Shown here: piece by piece, positions 7,301 to 11,850 of the stretch
How the letters are laid out: each line of letters starts with the position of its first letter
Numbering within the stretch: the stretch's first letter is position 1
Source: Desulfurococcaceae archaeon
Lineage (GTDB): Archaea > Thermoproteota > Thermoprotei_A > Sulfolobales > Desulfurococcaceae
Assembly: GCA_038888155.1 (NCBI GenBank)
Contig: JAWAJB010000032.1
Location: forward strand, 1 to 11,850
Direction: 5' to 3'
Length of the DNA stretch: 11,850 nt
Position numbers and translations under genes: made by a program
The notes under the pieces: model-generated
What the model was told of the DNA's origin: nothing
Seen by the model: the letters and a program-made list of their open reading frames with translations, nothing else
Database searches by the model: none

Positions 7301-8931
7301 TCTCATTGCTGAGTTTAACTTCAACCGTATACACTACTGCTGCAACACTGACTAGACCAACGATTTACAGCCCATCTTATAAAGGGATACTCATAACCAG
7401 GCCTACTCCACTCAAGGAACAGGGAACCACCATCCCTGGAGGGGCGGTAGTACCTATCCTAAGCTATGGCGATCTAGACCTGATAAAAACTCTGATAAGA
7501 TCTGACAAATTCTCTGTTAGGGTATGGTGGTATCCGCAATCAGTTCGTTCTAAGGCAGTTTATGCAACATTGGTAGGGAGGAACGGCTCCTACAATATCA
7601 AAGCTATTTTAGGCCTTTCGCCAGACGAAGTCCTTGACTTGCGTCAAGCCATAATAAATGGTTCTTGGCTTCCGAGCTTCGCCGAGAATGTCTGCATCCT
7701 TCCCGTAAACATCGCTAAGTCCCTCGGCGTTAGTGTTGGGGATCAAGTATGGCTGGAAGGTTACAATCTCAATTTAACAGTTGTCGGTATATTAGACCCA
7801 CGAGTAGCTAATGTCATCAAGGACTTAGATGCGTACCCCGTAACTCCGCCTAGCCCTGATTCGATCGCCGCGCTTTTGAGGGGCTTTATTCAGGAGCAGC
7901 AATGGTTACCACTTTCATTCGAGGAAGTAATTGTAGTCCCGTACCAAATACTTTTAGATAAGGGCGGCTTTATCGCAAGCGTCGCAGCTCAGGTAGAAGA
8001 TTTCGAGGCATTAAAGGAGAAGGCGGCAGAACTTGCTATGTACTTCGAACTCATACGTATATACATCTCTGATGGAAAAGATGTCTTAATGGTTAGCCCA
8101 TTCCTCGCCTTCGGTTTTTATGGGTGGGCTAATCTTGCGGTACCGCTTTTAATAGCTGCTTTAATGCTGACTAACGTCATTTTAGGTAATGTAAGAGAGC
8201 GGCGTAGGGAGGTTGAAACATTTTCAGCGCTTGGTCTAGCTCCGAGGGAAGTTAGTTGGTTTTTCGTTGCAGAAGCACTGGTATTCTCGCTAATTGGCTA
8301 CGTGATCGGCTATCTACTAGGCCTGGTATCGAATATAATACTGTTTAAGTCTAAGCTTTTACCTCCTAACTTCATTGTAAATATTTCATCACTTGCGACA
8401 ATACTATCATTGATGATTGGCTTACTTGCAATACTGGCACCTAGCGTATACCCAGCGATAATGGTGTCGCGAACCGTAGTGCCATCCCTCGAGAGGAAGT
8501 GGAAAGTTCCTACTAAGCCAAGGGGGGACGAGTGGGAGATTCCGCTTCCTTATGCAGCGGTAAGTAAGGAGGAAGCACTCGGATTCCTTGAATTTTTGAG
8601 AGAATTCTTTGATTTTCACAGGAAGGAGTCGGTGGAGGTTTTCATCACAGATGATATATCATTCGACATGGGCAATCTACAGCTAGTAGTCGTATCCAGG
8701 TTGCAACCACTTGAAAGCGGCGTCGTCCAGAAGGCAACGTTTTCCGCTATATACTTGCGGGGAGAGGGGAGGTACACATTCTTGGCGAATGTAAAGTTGC
8801 TAAGCGGAAAGCGAGAAGCTTGGCTAGCGAAAGTTCCCGCGTTTATTGATTCTGTTAGGAAGCAAATGTTGATGTGGAGAGGTTTAACGCCTACCGAAAG
8901 GGCTAAGTACGTAGCTAAAGTTGTAAGTTGA
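4384..8931 (+). CDS. Secreted PA/M28-peptidase-fold ectodomain fused to a MacB/FtsX-type ABC permease (1515 aa)
   Basis: Signal peptide at ~1-26. M28 N-terminal motif SRVTGYEGCEKSAEYI. PA domain GRLLYVGKGDLKDFNGEEVEGSIVLM...AMKLGAKAVIF. M28 core NVIGIIEG...IIVAAHYD...PGADE..SVASLLELAR. Beta-sandwich motif PVPNAIV...KSDEKGEFIVHGI. Three TM helices follow, then the MacB TM1 (KRKIRTILTLIIVV, ~aa 960) and the MacB extracytoplasmic core (NGSWL...CILPVNIAKSLGVSVGDQV...LTVVGIL). FtsX motif VRERRREVETFSALGLAPREVSWFFVAEA at ~aa 1270. Confidence 0.9.
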   Translation: MRGVKEEVVQWLLIATCVLIATSPLADSITSPLISSGTQIREYRSLSADDFKKVINMIDYDNIFKHISSLVAYESRVTGYEGCEKSAEYIANIFKTLNLTVEIQEYKVLSPIDKGSAILYSENGSVNEIPAYAIWPNYVVTGFVPSSKPIRGRLLYVGKGDLKDFNGEEVEGSIVLMDFNSGDNWKNAMKLGAKAVIFLEPMETSYREAISKFSLIPVHFPRLYVQRRYAAKLLELALKRAEVEVYSNMKWEEVTAKNVIGIIEGSERPNDVIIVAAHYDTWSVVPKLAPGADEAVSVASLLELARIFSILRPKYTIWFVALSGHWLALAGAREFVENYFFDWSVLNGSKKLWAFIALDFSTDSTKLNLLYAGHFYEYTGGAITPIETRWTRWLEPKIFREVLPRLEEATGRRYDVESGFMGIYGWWGSVYGPYMLDSEPFAIAHGLGFAIRTVGLREHWGHPLSTVEKVQLKNLKPQLEVAAAIVFALAEEGVGMRWEHVSPARALYVAGGAEVAGYITLHGRVLQFNYSKGWYDPVPNAIVAILRGGPGYTSYPFSRILVKSDEKGEFIVHGIGGLFAVSHAGWGGAQIYVEAYKIDDETGLIVYAPDLGQYGQMQIPFYYQPDRHPFNVSTVVFECSSIVIFDVGAPMMLAPKIFFDPRFESWHYGAWHSIPFLIQVLDFNTLGPFLNWGSSYLPFDDIAVVFVPPNSRAAILYKLTAAYRNVGILVNASEWSPEGEGIHVSERTQLVIPLTAYRFAEEAYLLSLNRYSKLTSRFVLSYVAEQHLSESSKWLNEARKALAERRYDAAYTYAKLAWIRAFYAYEEVMRLLYDTVNVNSIFLIVAVIFAALFETLVIGASGKSKMVSLTVILITLIILFYFVHPAPQVASVYWMAPLSVGILLLLLFVSLLFMSRAREITLSYREALAGKHFFVEVSRVDLMLTLFSTSIQFMKKRKIRTILTLIIVVTVIFSLLSLTSTVYTTAATLTRPTIYSPSYKGILITRPTPLKEQGTTIPGGAVVPILSYGDLDLIKTLIRSDKFSVRVWWYPQSVRSKAVYATLVGRNGSYNIKAILGLSPDEVLDLRQAIINGSWLPSFAENVCILPVNIAKSLGVSVGDQVWLEGYNLNLTVVGILDPRVANVIKDLDAYPVTPPSPDSIAALLRGFIQEQQWLPLSFEEVIVVPYQILLDKGGFIASVAAQVEDFEALKEKAAELAMYFELIRIYISDGKDVLMVSPFLAFGFYGWANLAVPLLIAALMLTNVILGNVRERRREVETFSALGLAPREVSWFFVAEALVFSLIGYVIGYLLGLVSNIILFKSKLLPPNFIVNISSLATILSLMIGLLAILAPSVYPAIMVSRTVVPSLERKWKVPTKPRGDEWEIPLPYAAVSKEEALGFLEFLREFFDFHRKESVEVFITDDISFDMGNLQLVVVSRLQPLESGVVQKATFSAIYLRGEGRYTFLANVKLLSGKREAWLAKVPAFIDSVRKQMLMWRGLTPTERAKYVAKVVS

Positions 8932-10868
8932 GCACGGTGGTAAGCATGGAAAGTAGGGGGACTCTTTACAAGCCAGGTTTCACTTGGAGAGCGGCACTTG
9001 CGATTCTTTTCGCTTCGGTAACGATTCTTCCAGTTAACTTATACCTGTCACTTGTTGCTGGTGCTACAATAGCTGCAGCCGCATCCTATATAACGCTCAT
9101 ACTGTTCACTGAGGTAGCGCTGTTAATGGGCTCCTCCATCTCTAAGCAAGAGGCGTTCATAATTTTCACAATGTCGTCCGTCGTGGCGGCGAGCCCCGTA
9201 TACATAAACTTTGTCTATAGGTCGTTTTTCGTAGAATCACCCATAACGCGTATTTTCAAGGATCCTTATACTGGTAAACCTTTGCCTGAGGTTATACCGA
9301 GTTTTTGGGCGCCCCCTCCTTCTTCGCCAGCACATACTGTTAGGTCGTTCCTTCACCCAGACTGGATAGCTCCACAGCTCATCTCCCACTTCCAGTATGG
9401 CATACTATTCATAATTCAGGAGATAGCACTAACGATTATCTGTAGCATGCTGTATAACGAGGTGGAAAGGCTACCTTTCCCGTTAGCAGACGTGACAAGC
9501 CAGCTGATAACTACGATCGTTGAGCGACCACGCGAGAGAATGGGCATGTTCCTCGCCGCCACACTAGCTAGCGGTTTTTACTCGTTCCTAGCGTACGGGG
9601 TACCAACTCTCACTTACGGCTTGTTTGGCGTACAAATGCAACTCGTACCAGTTCCATGGATAGATTTAACGACGGGGTACCTAGGTGTAGAGAAAGTGCT
9701 ACCGGGGGCTATCCTAGGAATTTCAACTGATCCGATGACTTTCGTAGCTGGCTTTATATTACCGCTTAGAACCCTAACCTACATGTTGATCGGTTCGGTT
9801 ACTGTGTGGATCTTGGGGAACTGGATGGCTTTGACGGTCTTCCGCGACTTTTTCCCAGAGTGGGCAAATGAGTGGAGCAGGGGCATGAGCATCCCCCTTG
9901 TGTTACAGCGCTCTATGCTTAGAGTGTGGTTAGCACCGCACATAGGAGTTACAGTTGGGTTAGCATTGGCCACGCTGGCTTCAAGTTCCAGCTCGATAAT
10001 AAAGTCACTAAAAACCCTGGCGAGAGTCAAAGAAGTCGGAAGTTATTCCTCCCTACCAACACTGCTGGCTATGTACCTCGGCGCGACATTTCTCTCCGTG
10101 CTCATCTTTCACTATCTCGTTCCGGACTTCCCTGTATGGCTCGCCGCTGCTCTCTCGATAGGTTTCAGTTTTCTGAACGCGCTTGTCGCGACCAGAGTGA
10201 GAGGAGAGACAACAATAACTATTTCAATCCCTTATGTATGGTGGGGGGCTATACTACTTTCAGGCTACCCTAAGGTCGATGCTTTCTTCTTCTCTCCTGT
10301 CATCGGTGGCAGCTTAGCACCTTCGTGGGTGGAATCGCTTCGAGTGGCTGAGCTAACGGAAACTAAACAGACTGACTTTTTCAAAGCATTCGTGTACGCA
10401 TTCGCCCTTTATACGGTCTTCAGCTTCATTTTCGTCTCCTTCTTCTGGATGATGGCGCCTATACCATCATCCGTTTACCCATGGACAATAATACAGTGGC
10501 CGATACAAGCGATGATAGAGGGGATGTGGTACACGCGGCAGATAACGGTAAGAGCCGACCTAATTCTCGGCTTTGCAGCGTTAGCCTTCGCTCTAGGGGT
10601 TCTCCAGAAAGCACTTAGAGCCATCGGAATACCTTTCGACGCGATAGCGTTATTAACGGGAACCCAGGTTATTCCAACGTCCACGATAACGATGCTTCTG
10701 GGCGGGGTCGTTGGTCACTACTTGCTGAGGAGGGCAATGGGGAAGGAAAGGTGGGAGTATTACAGGCTGACTATCGCTGCAGGTGTAGCAACTGGAATGG
10801 GACTAGTTGTCGGAGTTTTGTCAGCATTCGCCCTAATATTTAAGACAGCTTGGATTAAACCGTACTAA
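8928..10868 (+). CDS. OPT-superfamily (oligopeptide transporter-like) membrane protein
   Basis: Intact 646-aa hydrophobic ORF. The N-terminal GFTWRAALAILFA...NLYLSLVAG, SKQE and EVERLPFPLA segments are OPT-like motifs. The start is either the TTG at 8928, overlapping the upstream TGA (TTGA), or the ATG at 8946, which has GGTGG 5 nt upstream. Confidence 0.85.
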   Translation: MSTVVSMESRGTLYKPGFTWRAALAILFASVTILPVNLYLSLVAGATIAAAASYITLILFTEVALLMGSSISKQEAFIIFTMSSVVAASPVYINFVYRSFFVESPITRIFKDPYTGKPLPEVIPSFWAPPPSSPAHTVRSFLHPDWIAPQLISHFQYGILFIIQEIALTIICSMLYNEVERLPFPLADVTSQLITTIVERPRERMGMFLAATLASGFYSFLAYGVPTLTYGLFGVQMQLVPVPWIDLTTGYLGVEKVLPGAILGISTDPMTFVAGFILPLRTLTYMLIGSVTVWILGNWMALTVFRDFFPEWANEWSRGMSIPLVLQRSMLRVWLAPHIGVTVGLALATLASSSSSIIKSLKTLARVKEVGSYSSLPTLLAMYLGATFLSVLIFHYLVPDFPVWLAAALSIGFSFLNALVATRVRGETTITISIPYVWWGAILLSGYPKVDAFFFSPVIGGSLAPSWVESLRVAELTETKQTDFFKAFVYAFALYTVFSFIFVSFFWMMAPIPSSVYPWTIIQWPIQAMIEGMWYTRQITVRADLILGFAALAFALGVLQKALRAIGIPFDAIALLTGTQVIPTSTITMLLGGVVGHYLLRRAMGKERWEYYRLTIAAGVATGMGLVVGVLSAFALIFKTAWIKPY

Positions 10869-10886
10869 CAACCATGATAGATCTTT

Positions 10887-10893
10887 AGGTGAT
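10887..10893 (+). promoter_or_regulatory. Shine-Dalgarno site
   Basis: AGGTGAT lies just upstream of the GTG at 10897. This is typical of an internal gene in an archaeal operon. Confidence 0.7.
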
Positions 10894-10896
10894 CAA

Positions 10897-11850
10897 GTGA
10901 ACTCGTGGGAGCGCGTAGTAAGGGCTATGCAGCACGAGACCCCGGATAGAATACCTATCTACGAGATGCACATACCGCCGAAAATAGCAGCAGTAATACT
11001 GGGTAAGAGGCCGGATGAGATCTTCCTCCACAACCCTGAGGCATTCTACAATCTAGTCATCTCCGCTGGTGCGAAAAACGTCGATTTAGGCAAGGTCAAT
11101 AGGAAGATAGCCGATGAGCTGCTGACGTTGTACTCGAAACTCGGGTTGGACTGGATACGCGTTGTTTGGGCTCACGTGAGAGTGCCAAGCGTAGAGAGGG
11201 TTGACGAACGCACATACAGGGTGGATGGGAGGTTAGTTGTGCGTGGCGGAGAGACGCTGTGGGAGAGGGAGGCCTTGTGGGATCTCTGCGAGGCCTACGC
11301 TTATGACCCAGATCAAGTGAAAAGGTACTGCGAGAATGAGCGCGTCGAAGTCGATGAGAGGGTTTTCGATATACTGAGGTTCTTGGCTAGTAAGGTTAAA
11401 GGTAAGATGTTCCTCTCGTTCGACTCTGATGGAACTTGGGGGCCCATAGTTTCCTCTCCACCATTGCTTAGGAAGGTCCTCGTATGGGCGTACAAGAGGC
11501 CGGATGTGGTTGAGGCCATCATAAGTTACTACACACGCATCGCTATAGAGTACGGGAAAGCAGCTATCGATGAGGGGGCCGATGCAATCCAGCTGTGCGT
11601 CGATTACGGGAACAAGAATGGGCCTTGGCTCCCCCCAGCCTTGTTCAGGAGGTTCGTGAAACCAGCGCTACGGCAGCACGTCGATGCATTCAAGAAGAGG
11701 GGTGCCTTCGTTGTCTTACACTCGGACGGAAACATAATGCCTTTGCTCCCGGATATCGTGGAAGCGGGGGTAGACGCTTACCAGGGTATCGACGTTATAG
11801 CGGGCATGTCGCTTAAAGAGGTAAAGGAGAAGTTCGGCGATAAACTGTGC
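10897..11850 (+). CDS. Uroporphyrinogen decarboxylase / MtaA-CmuA methyltransferase superfamily protein (3'-truncated by the window edge)
   Basis: Manual translation from the GTG at 10897 is open for 318 codons to the window end: MNSWERVVRAMQHETPDRIPIYE...AIDEGADAIQLCVDYGNKNGPWLPPALFRRFVKP...VVLHSDGNIMPLLPDIVEAGVDAYQGIDVIAGMSLKEVKEKFGDKLC. The 'ER......E.PDR.P', 'D.G...G....P..FR.F..P' and 'HSDG' motifs mark the URO-D-like TIM barrel. It is absent from the ORF track because there is no stop codon in the window. Confidence 0.9.
   Translation, partial: MNSWERVVRAMQHETPDRIPIYEMHIPPKIAAVILGKRPDEIFLHNPEAFYNLVISAGAKNVDLGKVNRKIADELLTLYSKLGLDWIRVVWAHVRVPSVERVDERTYRVDGRLVVRGGETLWEREALWDLCEAYAYDPDQVKRYCENERVEVDERVFDILRFLASKVKGKMFLSFDSDGTWGPIVSSPPLLRKVLVWAYKRPDVVEAIISYYTRIAIEYGKAAIDEGADAIQLCVDYGNKNGPWLPPALFRRFVKPALRQHVDAFKKRGAFVVLHSDGNIMPLLPDIVEAGVDAYQGIDVIAGMSLKEVKEKFGDKLC

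Noticed and set aside
3313-10684. Nested or antisense ORFs (3313..3549, 5437..5718, 5959..6267, 7062..7262, 7152..7334, 8422..8619, 9779..10030, 9926..10273, 10475..10684)
   Set aside because: All lie within long, well-supported CDSs and show no independent coding signal.
11313-11816. ORFs 11313..11522 (-) and 11595..11816 (+)
   Set aside because: They are alternative frames inside the real URO-D-like CDS that starts at 10897.
10897-11850. Calling the gene hemE or mtaA
   Set aside because: It lacks the HemE MRQAGRY motif and the MtaA H-x-C zinc motif, so only a superfamily-level call is supported.

Overview
This looks like archaeal DNA, most likely Thermoproteota (Thermofilum-like). That call is inferred from BRE/TATA promoters, GGTGA-type Shine-Dalgarno sites, GTG starts and AGG/ATA codon use. 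The left ~2.2 kb is a decayed accessory region. It holds an AbrB/MazE-type antitoxin and PIN (VapC-like) toxin pair in which each gene has two frameshifts, a truncated retropepsin-like fragment and unassignable debris. The rest is an intact, divergently transcribed membrane locus. On the minus strand is a 673-aa OPT-superfamily-like membrane protein. On the plus strand is an apparent operon of three genes: (1) a 1515-aa fusion of an extracellular PA/M28-peptidase-fold domain with a non-canonical active site to a MacB/FtsX-type ABC permease; (2) a second, distantly paralogous OPT-like transporter; and (3) a URO-D/MtaA-superfamily protein that runs off the window edge and is missing from the ORF track. 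No ABC ATPase or solute-binding protein gene is present in the window. The M28-FtsX + two OPT-like + URO-D-like module is the best candidate for an uncharacterised uptake/processing system. All family assignments are by motif recognition only; no searches were run.
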